Origin: Mustelus asterias | Taxonomy: Eukaryota | Assembly (NCBI RefSeq): GCF_964213995.1 | Contig: NC_135803.1 | Coordinates: forward strand, 37,510,001 to 37,574,000 | Length of the DNA stretch: 64,000 bases | Direction of reading: 5' to 3' | In this document: positions 51,135 to 64,000 of the stretch, in pieces | How the letters are laid out: every line of letters begins with the position of its first letter | How positions within the stretch are numbered: position 1 is the first letter of the stretch | The notes under the pieces: generated by a model | Databases searched by the model: none | Seen by the model: the letters and a program-made list of their open reading frames with translations, nothing else | Told to the model about the DNA's origin: nothing | Program-made: the position numbers and the translations under genes

Positions 51135-51223
51135 GTAAGAATTGCTTTGTTCATCTTTTAAACTTTTACTTTGTGAATTCATGTAGAATTAAGAATAATT
51201 ATAATTAGTGGCTTATTTTTAAT

Positions 51224-53075
51224 TGTTATGATCTGGCACATGCTAATAAGTGCTGTGTATACCAAATCCCAAAGGGAAACTTAGCAAGTTATCGCAGCTC
51301 TTTTCTTTTTGTAATTTGCTACGAGAAGATACGTCTACTAAAGTCAGAAGCCACAAATTCCCGTAACACTTCTGGAGATTTTAAACATTAAATTAAAATA
51401 ATAATTTTATTCACGGTAGCACAGTGGTTAGCACTGCTGCTTCACAGCTCCAGGGGCCTGGGTTCGATTCCCGGCTTGGGTCACTGTCTGTGTGGAGTTT
51501 GCACATTCTCCTCGTGTCTGCGTGGGTTTCCTCCGGGTGCTCCGGTTTCCTCCCACAGTCCAAAGATGTGCGGGTTAGGTTGATTGTCCATGCTAAAATT
51601 GCCCCTTACTGTCCTGAGATGCGTAGGTTAGAGGGATTAGTGGGATTAGTGGGATTGTGGTCAGTGCAGACTTGATGGGCCGAATGGCCTGTTTCTGCAT
51701 TGTAGGGTTTCTATGATTCTATGAAAACATTTATTAAGAAAAGAAAGTTTAAACACACAAGATTTCATTTGCACAGTTAAAATTATCCTTATAGAACATT
51801 ATCCTTACTCCCCAAAAGATTCCTACTTGATTAGACTCGCACATAGACATCCCTTTAGGCAACCATTCCCTATAGCTACTTAATCTATTAAAATAAAATA
51901 CAGCAATATTACCACAAGGAAACCCCATTGTTGCTTGAGGGGAGGTATATCACAGGACTTCTCTCTCTTTCCTACTCTGCTGTGGAAATTCCAAAAAACT
52001 TTAAAATGAAACCTTGCTTTCTGGAAAAACATACACTTTCTGGGCTGACTGTTCTACTTTGCTTCTTTTCACAGTTCTCTCTTGGCACACTCCAGGAGGT
52101 CTTACAAGGCCACTCCTAAATAGCTCTCTCATCTCTTCCTAAGTATGTTATTTTTCTCTTTTCCCATTGTCCATCTCCTTCTTTGAAATTCACCTTTCCC
52201 AGAATATAAAATCTTATGGTTTTCCTCATGCCACCACTTTTGGATAAAATAAAATGAATAACCTTGCCATATTCATTTATAATGTTATCCAAGTTGTAAA
52301 CTCCTTCTTGCCTCCTATTGAAATTCAACAACTGAACACAACAAACCTTCTTTATCTCCTAATGCAAATTTCCACCCATGTTTTAGTTGCTTGAAGAACA
52401 CCCAACTTCGCCAAATTCACTTCAGGTGCCTGCCTTTCACACCTAGCCCCTTTGATGTCCTCCGCTTTGTAGTCAGTCCCCAGCTTAATTAAATTGTACG
52501 TACACACACAGAAAGTCAGACACGCACATACACCCACACAGCCCCCACAAGCCTGCTTCACAGAACAGTACAATAAACCCCAAAAATATTAAAATAATAA
52601 TATGGTCTTCACACCTCCAACCTCACAATAAGATGAGCGGTCATAATTCCAAAAAGACGGTTTCATTTTCTCAACCTATTTTTCATTACTTACTATGTTT
52701 ATCTATACACACCAAACTGTTACACTATAGGCTACATACCAATCAGGGAAATATACACAAGCATTTTGTAAAAATAGTGTTCATTTCAGTCCATTTTCCA
52801 AATGCCCAAGCTTTTTTGAATTTTTGACAGTGCAGCAGCAATTAAATTTTCTCATCCAACCACATCATAGTTTGTAAATTAAGTGGTTGCAGTAATAAAC
52901 TCTACCTGAACATTCTGGTTTTGTAACTTTTCCAGCCATTTCAAAGGATTGTGGTCAGTAGATATATTTGTCTTTGAAGCAGTACTTGCAACATAAATGT
53001 TTAAATGCTGCAAAGCTAGCACCAAATGTAGAGTTCCTTTCTCGATGAGTAAATATTTTTTCTGATGTACCTTAA
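51224..53075 (-). mobile_element. Gypsy/Ty3 LTR retrotransposon remnant (RNase H fragment, PPT, 3' LTR 51224-52613)
   Basis: Minus-strand peptide KKY..IEK.TL.LVLALQH..IYV..TDHNPL; purine tract next to the TG start of the LTR; LTR homologous to 33525-35106. Confidence 0.7.
51412..51722 (+). mobile_element. SINE, tail A, young, nested in the LTR
   Basis: Near-identical to 11062. Confidence 0.9.
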
Positions 53076-53988
53076 GCATTTTAAACCCAAACATATATTG
53101 TAAATCTCAAAATATTTAATTTGAGTAAGTTTTTAGAAAAACCTGAATTGTCCTGATTTAGCACTCTGAATGTAGGACTACATCTGCGGGTTTTACAGTA
53201 AGGAGGAAAGTATTTTATTTTAATTAAGATGGCAGGCTCTTAACTGCTATACGAGCAGCTGTTGACAATGGAGTAGAGGGAGCAAGGAAGTGTAGTGTTA
53301 GAGGTGCATAGGGCATGAACCAGGACATAAGACAGAAGGAGATCACTAAAGTGGGGTAAGCTGAGGGCGCAGGCTATTTTTAACTCAGCAAGCTGGGGAA
53401 TGGGAAGCCAGTCGAGTTTGCAGAGGGAGGGTTTGATGAAATTATTGTGGATGAGGACATGGACTGCGACATTTTCTGTAAGTTGTAGCTAATTCAGGGT
53501 GTCGAAGGGGAAAGCAAAGAGAAGCAACAAACTAAAATTTAGTGATGCTCTGGCTGCTGATGGATAAGTGAAACTAAGCGAGGGCAGTCCCACTGAAATG
53601 GCAACAGAGGATAGACTTTGGTGTGATCAGCTGTGCCAAGGAGTGCAGGGAAGGGTAAGGTAATACACCATGCTCAGAGTAATCGAAAATGCAATTTGTG
53701 CATTTGGTGAGGAAGCTAATCGCAGATGTAAAGAAAGGAAGATGTTCAAGATTGTATAAACATGTAACAATAAACAGTGATGTCTAGAAGTCTGAATATG
53801 TTGAGATACCAATTTTCCCTACAAGCTTTCAGCCTACTCTATTAAGATGACATGCTAATATGGTAAGTTGCAAGATAGTATTTGCATAGGCATTTTGCAT
53901 GATAATTGTGCCAAAAGTTCAAAGATATTCAGACTTTGCACAGAAGTCTCTTTCACACACTAATGTGTTTTTGTTCATTTTGTTACAG

Positions 53989-54325
53989 TTGTTCATGTGT
54001 CTTATGTGGATCATTCTTCAAGTGATAATAATTTTTATGTATTATGACCTTCCATTGGTTCCCAAACGCAAATCTCAAAGAAGACTAATTTCAGCTGAGG
54101 AGGAGGAAGAACCTTTGGTTCATGATGATGATGGGAATTATGCAGCTGCAGAGAACAATCAGTATGGTAGCATTAATGAAGATGAAAAATTACGTGTTCC
54201 ACCAATTAATGAAATGGATGGTGAAAATAGCACAGTAGATGACCATCAAAATATCCCTAATGGACACATTGATGAAGATTGCAAAACAAATGATAATCCA
54301 TTCCACAATTTTAGTGCTACTAAAG
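53989..54325 (+). CDS. MFSD8-like exon 6 (TM6 plus acidic central cytoplasmic loop)
   Basis: ttacAG/GTGGGT, 337 nt open, phases 0/1 fit neighbours. Confidence 0.9.
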
Positions 54326-54456
54326 GTGGGTATTAGCAAATTATTAGCTGGAACTCCTTTGTAAACTTCAGCTCCACCCAACTCATCTGTACAATTGTTT
54401 ATCTTTTTGTATCAAAAAACTAATTTGTCGCAATATTTAACACAACTTAAACACCC

Positions 54457-55702
54457 TGGCTGTGATTCTCCCAAAAATTTCTAAGTTCCCAATGTGCAGG
54501 AAAATTGGAGTAAATCGCGCTGGCTTTTTTTTAGACTGATTTCCAGAATGAATCTCCATCACTGAGCATCAGAGTGTCCAAGCATGATTCACTCTGGAAA
54601 TCAGGGGACGGATCTATTCCTGCTTGTGAGGCCGGCAACATATAGCACTGAACGGGCCACTGCGCATGCACTGATCAGTCAGCACAGAGATCGGGGTATG
54701 TGCAGTGACCCCACGCCCCCCACCCACCTATTGCCAGTCTCCAGATCGCTAGCCAGTCCAATTGCTGGCCAGGCCTACAACCCCTATTGTTGGGCTTCTG
54801 ACACTCCATGCCCCTGGATCACTGGTCTCCCGGACCTCCCGTGGATTGTCCCAATGTCCCGACTCTTTCCCCCCCCCCCCACACATCCCACTGACCAACA
54901 CCGATGTCCACCCGCCGCCCCCCCCCCCCCCCCCACCACCCTGGACAGCCCTAATCCTCTCTTCCCTCCTTCTCCCAATGCTACAATTGCAGAATGGCAG
55001 TGGGTCCCCCATCCTCTCTGGTCCTGCCCCCTTGTCAGTGCCCTGTGGGCAGTGCCACTTTGTCCCTTGGGTGGTGCCAGGCTGACACTGCCCAAGGGGC
55101 ACACCCCCCTTACACCCGACCTCCTTGGGGGGCCCTCAATGTCCTCTTTTCCTTCCAGCGGGGTTAAGCCACCTGTTCCCTATTAGTGGGGAGCAGGAGT
55201 AAATCCCGCTTCAACTCCCGGTGGGTTGAAGGAGGGGGTGGGTGGGAGGCAGGTGGTTGGTGGGGGCGGGGGGGAAGGGGAGGCAGGGGGTGGGGGGGAG
55301 GGGAGGGGAGGCCGGGGGGAAGGGAGGTGGGGGGGTGAAGGGAGGGAGGGGTGGGGGGGGGGGGGGGGAAGGAGAGGCGTGGGGGGAGGGGAGGTGAGGA
55401 GGGTGGAGGATGGGAGGGGGATGGGGGGGGGGGGGGAAGGAGAAGCAGGTGGGGGGGGGGGGGGGGGGGGAGGGAGATGCTAGTGGGCCGGGAGACTTCA
55501 GTCTTGGGCCCACTAATCAGATGGAAATTGTGATTTCCATATTGTAATCAGCTGGCACGGAGCTGATTATGTTGAAAAACCTGGTTCCGGAGATGTGCGG
55601 AGGCCGTGACGCCCAGCGGGAAGCCCGCAAAACGGTCCCTGCTGATGTCTCCTGGCCTGCTGCACCACTGGAGCAGTGCAGCGGGCTGGGAGAATTGCTC
55701 CC
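54457..55702 (-). mobile_element. About 1.2-kb non-autonomous TIR element with an expanded G-rich tract
   Basis: Ends GTGATTCTCCC / GGGAGAATTGC; reverse complement matches 63403-64000. Confidence 0.7.
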
Positions 55703-56134
55703 CACCCCCCCCATGTTTGTTGAATATGATTTATTTCAGAAGTGGTTGTGCTGTGGATCATCATGTATTATGCTTTATGGGTTATCAGTTATGTCTTTTA
55801 AAAAGACGTGTGAGATTTTAATCAAATTCAAAAAAGGTCAGACTTTTCCTAGCCCCGGGATAGTAGGAAAATAATGAGCTCCTTGGTGTATTCTTGCCAC
55901 CAGGGAGGTTTCCTAGGGGACAGGCCAGCATGGGGATTAGTTACTTGCTCAACGGAGATGGACAGCCAATCTGTATATTTAGGGCACCAATTTGAGGCTA
56001 TTGAGCATGCTCACCAGCAGTGTGCTGGCAGTGGGGTGGCTTTTTAGAAGGCTTAACTTTTCCAAATGTTGCCACAATACACAGAGTGCAATAAGCGAAG
56101 ATAGAATACTATTGCAGAGTAGACAAAGGATCAT

Positions 56135-56445
56135 AGCATCATAGAATCCCTACAGTGCAGAAGGAGATCATTTGGCCCATCAATAATCGGAGACAACAAT
56201 AATCCCACCCAGGCCCTTTCCCTGTAACCCCATGCTAATCCCTCTGACACGAAGGGGCAATTGTAAGACCATTCAACCGAACTCTCTCACCTTTGGACTG
56301 TGGGAGGAAACTGGAGCACCCGGAGGAAACCCACACAGACACGGGGAGAATGTGCAAACTCCACACAGACAGTCACCCAAAGCCATTATTGAACCCAGGT
56401 TCCTGACACTGTGAGGCAGCAGTGTGAGGCACCATTATGCCACCT
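56135..56445 (-). mobile_element. SINE, tail A
   Basis: Reverse complement of the 11062 family. Confidence 0.8.
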
Positions 56446-57618
56446 TGAAGCCCTATCTTTAAAGTTTTATTTTTCATTCTCTTGCTTTCTTTCTTGTCTC
56501 TTTCTGCTTTTCTAATTTAGTTGGATTTGGCCTCTCTTGTCCTTTAAGTGCAAGTCTTATTCTCTTATCCTATAAATCATCTCATGTTAAAACTGTTCGT
56601 TGCCTATCAAGGTTATGATATTTCAAAATTAATTGCTTGGGTTCTCAATGCTTGTATTTTGGTGATTAGTTTACTATGTTCTTTGCTGGGCCTACACATG
56701 CGTGTTTGCATGGTATAAACAAGAGATAACAGTCACAGCACCTTCAATAAGTTATGGGCGGCAAAGAAATAATTAAATTTCCTTAGCCTGATTAGTCTTA
56801 AAGAGAAATGAATTAATTCTGTATTTGTTTTTATTTCCCTAGGTAGATTACATTAGCTATTTACAAATGTATATGCCTTCCTACAGATGAAAGACTAATA
56901 CTGGTTGCAGCCAGAAACTTCAATTCTCCCTGTTGTTTGTTGATGATATAGAAAAAAACTGCAGAATTTATACTGGAAAGTGACTGGAGAAGCTAAAGAA
57001 TTCCTGTGGTTTGATGTACTCCAAGAAACCTTTAGACTTCATAGTGCTTAATTTCTTTGTTTTTTTTTGTTTTCATTGATTATACGGTCCCTTGCTCTTG
57101 GACTTCATGTTTTTTGGCAGTTGCAATGTGCCACCTTGTGGACAAAAGGTTTTTACAATTGTATGATGCAAAAAATCTTCCCAGAACAAATAAATGGGAG
57201 AACATTTATTTTTATTTAGTTTTCCGTAAAATAAATCTGCCAGACATTTTGGTCTTCACATTGTGTTTTTTTTACCAGAAAGGTATATTATAATTATAAG
57301 TAAATTCTCAGGATATTTTCCTTGAAATTATCTCTTTTCAAATGAATATACTAGTACCCAATCACCTTATTTGTATGAATTAAGATTGCTGTCTGTAGAC
57401 CAGATTAAGTAACAGATGTGATTTAGTAGTTAAGTATTAATTCTATCGCTATAAAATGTAGTGCCACAACGTTGTTGTTGAATTATGTAGCTGAGGTGTT
57501 CTAAAAGTAGCTATGACAATCAGTGTAGTGAAAATGAAAATTTACTGAATTTTCTCTTAACTCTTGCAGTTGTTTAAAACCCATGTATGATCAGTATGGT
57601 GTTGTTTTCCCATTTTAG

Positions 57619-57692
57619 AATACCTACGAGAGGAAGTTGTGGTTGTCCTTACTGCACAATTCATTACACTATTCAATCAGACTGCTTTAGAG
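57619..57692 (+). CDS. MFSD8-like exon 7 (EYLREEVVVVLTAQFITLFNQTALE)
   Basis: ttttAG/GTATG. Confidence 0.92.
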
Positions 57693-58823
57693 GTATGTGA
57701 GTAGATTTAACCAGAACATCATTTTGAATAGCTAATTGTTTAGCTTAAGGTGATGTTTGCCATCTAAAGCTCTACTTAGCAGTTTAGGGGTTACTCTGCA
57801 GGTTCCTGGGTTGATTGCTTGAATAAAGTAGATGTAGTTCAATGATGGATAGTGGAGCTGTTGTTAAACTGAAATTTAATTCTCTGCACTTGTATTTATT
57901 AATTGCTTGAGATCAATCATGTTTACTTTTTCCTTAGAAATGATCAATTTTAATTTCATACAGCAAATTGATGTGTGAGTGGATATGCCTTTTTAAAAAA
58001 AAGCTAGTTCCTGTTGAGTTTGGTTGCTACTGATACATTTTTAAAAGAGCTTTACTCTTAGGAAGGGCAGTGTGGACTTCTTTCTAAGATACTTGCCCTG
58101 TCCCAAACATAATTTTAAGCATCCTCTAGGCATTCTAAAAATAAAGTTTTTAGGTTGGTTCTGGGAAAATCATGCATCTGATGCATTCATGGAAATATTA
58201 TCACCATATATTAGATTAACACTGTTATAGTGCTGTCCTAATCTTGCATCATATAAAATCCCATTGTGTCACTTAAATTATATTCTCTGCTCCTTGTGGT
58301 ACTGTGGTAACCAATATGAAGTTGACATTTTCTTGGAAGCAGGAGGTCAGTCGTTGAGAGAAATCATACCTTTTTATTGTTTTGAGATCGTTGATCTCGA
58401 ATTAATAGCCTAACATATAGCTTTTGTAGGAATGCAAAATCTTTGCATGGTTATATTATGACTATTATCAACACTGCTCCTGCCTTTTACACAGCATCAT
58501 CAACCACCTCAGTTTAAACTCTGAGATTATTGCTCTACCACTCCTTTTTTGCCAGTCTTTGCTCCCAGTATAGTTAATGACCACCATTGCACGACGATAT
58601 TGATACCGAATGGCTAATTATTCACTGCATTGTTATCCAAAACGTTTTAAATATAATTATGGTAAGTACCGTAGCAATTGAAATGACATACTGTTAATTT
58701 CTATGTACAATTATTTGAGTTTTTTTAATAATGGTGTTTGAAGTTTTATGAATGTTTTCTGCCTTGCCTTATGAAATAAAATATGTTCAATGTATTTGTT
58801 AATATGCTGATCTTTCATTTCAG

Positions 58824-58907
58824 ACAATGGTTACTCCTATTACACAAAAGTATTTTAACTTTGGAGAATTGGAGAACAGTTTGATGTACTGTATGTGTGG
58901 TGTAGAG
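58824..58907 (+). CDS. MFSD8-like exon 8 (TMVTPITQKYFNFGELENSLMYCMCGVE)
   Basis: tttcAG/GTAAGT; ETxxTP motif as in MFSD8. Confidence 0.92.
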
Positions 58908-59634
58908 GTAAGTAAAAATTGTAATTCAGAATCATGATGAAGTACTGTAGATTTTGCCTTTACCAATCGATCATCTGTAGCGATTCCAATAGTGTAGATT
59001 TTGATTGACCTGGTTCGAGAGAGAGGCAAAATGGTTCCTTGGAAGGGTTGGTCTTGTACCATACCTGGCAAGACTCTGCCAAACAGAACATTTATTAACC
59101 TTACAAGCAATTGATTTAAACATGCAGTGAGAATCCTACCTCCCCAGATTCTGAAATCAGGAGTTGCACTATAAATGCTGCCTTGAATGCAACTTTGTCT
59201 ACAAGAATTCAAAGACTGAAAACTTGTAATGTGTAGCATTTTTTAATCTTAAAAAATCTATCCAATAATTCAGATGAGGCAACATAGGTGAGACAGCAAA
59301 ATGAGACTTGAGTATTTGAACAATATTTGGATGATATTACCTTCGAATTAAGCAACTTTGAATTAAGGTTAGACAATTTTATAAAGTTTGGTAGTGACAG
59401 GTATGTATGTCACAAATTTTGTGGATCATATCTGAATTTGGGCTAAGTTCCCATTATTGTCTACTCGTTGTTTGGAATTCTACTCTATAGGATGCTTGAT
59501 TTCAATGGTGGGGAAAAAGGAAATTAAATTAATTTTGAAATTCAGATATTGTCTATTTGTGGAATTTAATATTAGATTCTATAATCATTTTCAAATTCTT
59601 TCTGGTGTAAACATTTTAATTTTCTGTTTTATAG

Positions 59635-59764
59635 GTCATAGTTGGATTCTTTCTTGTGAGGTGGCTAAGCACGAGGTTTACCGATCGAGTAATCCTGGCA
59701 GCGGGCCTTGTCATTTGCAACATTTCTTGTATTTGGTGTTTAATTTTCCTGGCAAACCCAAAAG
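59635..59764 (+). CDS. MFSD8-like exon 9 (VIVGFFLVRWLSTRFTDRVILAAGLVICNISCIWCLIFLANPK)
   Basis: atAG/GTAAG; motif A-like LSxRFxDR in loop 8-9. Confidence 0.92.
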
Positions 59765-60575
59765 GTAAGAATTCTGTTGCTTGTGTATCTTATTTTGTCA
59801 CTTGCCCATCATTAGGTTTTCTAGAATAAAACATTTCAAATGCAAAGTATAATTTCTGGTATATAAAGAAGTATTTTTTCTAAGATGCCCATTGCTGCTT
59901 CCAAGTAGGTTAAAAGTTTAATTCTTGGGTGATTGACAATTAGAAGCTATAGTATTTACATATGAATCAATTAATTTTGCATAGCCCTTACAATTGAAGT
60001 GAACTCAAACAAGATGAAATGAATGCTTCTGTTCTACGTGATGTTGAACAGGTAGGTCGCAGAATAAGCCTCAATGCTGTACCTGATGATTTTGCATGTA
60101 TAATCATTTCAATTAATTAAAAATATCTAACCACTTTTGCTCTCGTTTTGATTTAAAACATCCCTGATGACAAGTGCTATTTATCAGTTTGACTGCCATA
60201 AAGCACAGTTGGTGAGCTTCATGATTGTATATTATGACTATATTCGAAGGTACATGTCTCCTGATGTGAATGGCAAGGCACTGCTTCAAATTTTCAGTGC
60301 CCTGTAACTCTATTATACAAATTAATCCATCCCTTGTAGTAGGTACAGGGTCTTTAGGACAGTGATCCCTGCCTGCTGTACTTTTGGCAGTGCAACTTCC
60401 AGACCCATGCTTTTACTCACAGGTCAGATTACTACCAACTCCAACTTCCCGCTTATTGTTTACAAGGTATTCCAAACTCCAGTAGGTAGCAACTTTATTG
60501 TGTCCAGTTATGCATGAGTTTATATTCACTTAAGTAGTTTTTAAAAATATGATCCTCTTGTCTTTTTCTTTTCAG

Positions 60576-60698
60576 GGAGTTTTGCCATTTTGCTATCAGA
60601 GTTTGTGGTAGGTGTGTTTCTCCAAATTCTGGGGTTGCCATTTGTTGCTGTTTCTCAAGTGTCTTTGTTTTCAAAAGTTACAGCTGAGAAAACACAAG
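60576..60698 (+). CDS. MFSD8-like exon 10 (GSFAILLSEFVVGVFLQILGLPFVAVSQVSLFSKVTAEKTQ)
   Basis: tttcAG/GTTAG; SLFSK..QG motif as in MFSD8. Confidence 0.92.
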
Positions 60699-62917
60699 GT
60701 TAGTTGGGTGTAGATTCACTCCCCCATACCCTCATTTTTTGTGATAAGAGTATGTATATTGGAATTAGGTTTCAATGTGTCCCATCTATTGAGTTTGTCA
60801 TAACATTTTTAACGTGACTTTTTAGCTGCAGCATGTAGGGTTGGGACTTATGTTTTGAATTTTACATCATTTTTATTAAACAATTATTTCAAAAATCCTT
60901 TTTAAAAGCATTATCAAATGCACGTGTTTAAAGGTAATGACTTTAAGTGGGATTGGTAAGCTGCATGGTTGTTTTACTAATTAGACCAGGGAAAGATACA
61001 TATGCCAGGCCTCACATAAAGATCATCACAAGTGGGGCTGTTCACTGATGTTTCCAGTGTGATCATCTCCATTCCCAACTCCTCTGCTAATGAAGTAACC
61101 CATGCCAGTTGACAACAGAACCTGGAAAATACCCAGACTTTGTCCAACATGCTAAGTAATATTTGTGGCACCTATAAAGAAATTTACAAATAAGAGAGAG
61201 TCTAATGACTCTCCATAATCTTCAATGACATCGTCATCGTTGAGTTGTCCACCATCTACATCACCTACAATGGATGCTTCCCATTGACCAGGAGGTTAAT
61301 CAGATCAGTCACATCAAAATCAGGGTTGTAAGTGCAGAATAAAAGTGGGATATGATTAAGAAAGTAAGAGTAGTTTTAACGGATTTATATTTGTATTAAA
61401 CATTGGAAATAAGGTATAGGTTTAAGTGGTTTTAATTTAATGTTTCTGTAGAAGGAAGGGTAAAACCTATAGTTCAATTCATGCTGGACAAAGGTATTTG
61501 TCAGTGTGTGGGTTGGTTCCGTTCCAACTGTGTTTCTATTGTGTTTAGAGAAGGCTACGCCATGAAGAGTAAATAAGCTAGCAATGGTTGCCTCCAACAG
61601 GGGGCCACTTTCTAGAGGGAAGAAATTTCTTTTTTTCGTTTTAGTGGAAATTGTGGGCAATTGGAGACAGGACACTAGGGAGTGAACATCCTCAACTCTT
61701 CCAGAAGAAAGACTGGACAGGACAAGAGCTGCAAAGAGGCAGGCTTCCTAAAGAACCAGTTATAGTCCAGATAACCAGGGACAGAAAGAACGTTTTAAGA
61801 TGACTGAAGCTAAGAGGACACAGACCAAGGTTTCATTCAGAAGAATTCAAGGAATAGTAAACAAAATAATCTGAGTTAAAGAAACAATTGCAGTAACCAG
61901 ATTTAAAGTGGGAAAGTAGACTTCAGAGGTAAATCAAATATTTGATGCTATTTTAATAGAGTCTGAGAATCAAGAGTTAAAACAATTGTGAACAGTTTGT
62001 ACAGCAGTCAAGACAAAAAATCCTAAATGGGGTGGTGTAAAACCTGGATTGGATTGCTATTAGAAGTGAAGCAGAAACTTCATTTAAAAGAATCATTTGG
62101 AAAACCTGGACAGAGTTCACTTTGACTTGACACATCATTTTAAGCTAGCTCGTCTGGCATCATGAGGGTAATTGAAGGAATATCATACACCTGAAGAAAC
62201 TGGGAGAATGAGTCTAGGAAAATATCTGGCCATTCTTGGTGAGGTTGTAAAGTTTACCACAGTATAAGAATTCAAAGAGCTGCCACATCAGCCTCCCTCT
62301 ACAAAACATGTGCCTAGCTCTGATACCCAATCCAAACATGATCCCTACTTCTGTTACAAGCACAAAGGTTCGGTCACTGGTTTGCCACTTTTTTTTTCCA
62401 GACTGAGTACCATCTTTGTAGCCCATTTGCTTGCTTGTTCCTGTGCTGCCATTGTTCATTCAAGGAACAGTCAATTTTATATTTCCTCCTTCAGGTATTT
62501 TCTCACCTTATTCTCTTTGATTTGAGGCCTTATTCTTGCCACATAATGCCACCCCACCCTAAGCGTAACTGAAGGTTATCGGCTTTATTTGCATAGTCCA
62601 TCTGTCTCTGCAAATGTAAACTAACAGAAATGATACCTTTTGAAGTATCCTGTAGGGCTCTTTGACTATTCCAACCTTTTTTCAGTATTGCTTTTAGTTG
62701 GTCACTTTTTGTGTGTAATGCTTGGGGTTGAAGATGTCTCATCAGTGAATTGTAAATAGACTATGGCTTACTATATTTTAAAGACATTGTTTTTAGTTCT
62801 TAATTTTAATTGTATTTCCAACATGCAAGTGATGATGTGCAAGTTTGTCTGAAAATATGGTACATGTTACTTTCATATGTGCTTGTTTAGCTCTGAATGC
62901 TTCCCTTTTCTTTCCAG

Positions 62918-63048
62918 GATTCAGTCAAGGATTCCGTCGTTCAATAGGTGGACTTGCCACTATATTGGGTCCTATGTGGGCAGGAGGATTAACTAATAAT
63001 CTTTACATAATGTTAGGAGTCATGATGGGTCTACTGACACTTCTGACT
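62918..63048 (+). CDS. MFSD8-like exon 11 (GFSQGFRRSIGGLATILGPMWAGGLTNNLYIMLGVMMGLLTLLT)
   Basis: ttccAG/GTAAGT; TM11-12; no stop before the donor, so a further exon lies outside the window. Confidence 0.92.
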
Positions 63049-63402
63049 GTAAGTAAAATGTAATTAATGAACCTCACAAATGAGCATTACTTTGCAGTTT
63101 CTAGTACTTGGTGTAATTTGTGGCATATGAATTAGAAATTCAGCTGGCAATGTTATACGTTTTGCAGGTTCCTTAGATTCGCCAGGTGAAATAGCAACTT
63201 ACTTTATCTTTCAATTTAATATATTGAATATGCTGCACATAACAGTGGATCTCACTTACCCTTTACAGAATGTCTCAGTTCAGCCTGCATGCTTTTGGCC
63301 ACTTGTCATGTCGCGTTTTGCCCACTGTGGCTCTGACCCTGCTTCTTTGGCTTCCTACTTTGTTTCATCGAAGCCCAATGTGATCTCGAGGAACAGCATC
63401 TT

Positions 63403-64000
63403 GGGGGCAATTCTCCTAGCCCGCTGCACCGACCGTTTAGCGGACTTTCCGCTGGGTGCCACGGCCTCCGCTAGTCTCCGGGCGTCAGATTTCCAGCGCT
63501 GTCAGCTCCGTGCCAGAAACCGGTGTGGAGCTGTATAAATTATGTTAATCTTCATTTTAATCCAATTAACATGTAATTAGTGGGCCCAGGACTGAAGTCT
63601 CCGGGTCAGCTATCCTCTTTCCCCCAACCCCTCTCTCCCCTGTCAGGAGTGTTTCACTTCAGCGGGATTTACAACAACTTCTCACTAATGAGGAGCTGGC
63701 GGTCTGACCCCGCTGGAGTGAAGGAGGGCCATCGTGGCCCCCAGAGGATCGGGGGTAAGGGTGTGCCCCCTGGGCATTGCCAGCTTGACAGTGCCAGCCT
63801 GTCTCCTTGGCACTGCACTTGGCTGGCCTGGACACATCCGGGGGGGGCCAGCAATCATGGGTTTGGGGGGTCAGTGATGTGGGGTCATGGGGCTGGCCAG
63901 CGATTGAGCTGGCCTGCAGTGCGGGGTGACTGCGTATGTGCTGATCTGTCAGCGCCAAGGTCGGTGCATGCGCGGTAGCCCACTCAGTGCTATACTGTCG
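63403..64000 (+). mobile_element. TIR element of the 54457 family, running off the window
   Basis: GGGGCAATTCTCCTAGCCCGCTGCAC and GGGCCCAGGACTGAAGTCTCC are shared with the 54457 copy. Confidence 0.7.

Larger units (their letters stand above)
17941..63048 (+). other. Gene span: major facilitator superfamily domain-containing protein 8-like (MFSD8/CLN7 paralogue); 11 coding exons in window, 3' end beyond window
   Basis: Eleven GT-AG exons join in frame (1404 nt, 468 codons). Multiple hydrophobic TM segments, MFS motif A-like FGHVSDKTQRTK, and IWxYLQ..D...FLG...SPIFG similar to MFSD8 TM1-2. Confidence 0.9.

Noticed and set aside
54584-55533. Cluster of 100-200 aa Pro/Gly-rich ORFs
   Set aside because: They lie in a GC-rich non-autonomous repeat and low-complexity tract, with no domain or splice support.
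61390-62210. Possible additional LTR remnant
   Set aside because: Purine-rich LTR-like texture, but I could not define TG/CA ends, a TSD or clear homology.

Overview
Eukaryotic, repeat-rich vertebrate DNA, most likely from a cartilaginous fish (shark), judged from HE1/V-SINE-type SINEs, HER1/CR1 LINEs and Penelope-like elements. Two spliced genes lie in tandem on the + strand. (1) POLR2H/RPB8 is complete: 5 coding exons spanning 2084-16806, 150 aa. (2) An MFSD8/CLN7-like MFS transporter has 11 coding exons in the window (17941-63048, 468 codons), a 21.8-kb first intron, and a last exon beyond the window. The introns hold CR1, Rex1/Babar and a second CR1/L2-group LINE, about 15 tRNA-derived SINEs of two tail types, Gypsy LTR remnants, TIR-bounded non-autonomous elements and Penelope-like elements (PLEs). 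The most notable observations are: minimal hammerhead-ribozyme cores in the PLE termini, with a compensatory stem-I change between copies; a head-to-head PLE hairpin; an intronic minisatellite whose unit resembles the adjacent exon-1 splice donor; lysosomal sorting motifs in the central loop of the MFSD8 paralogue; a 167-bp-arm foldback; and a 7/7 antisense bias of AATAAA-tailed SINEs. All calls were made by eye, with no database searches. Repeat boundaries are approximate.
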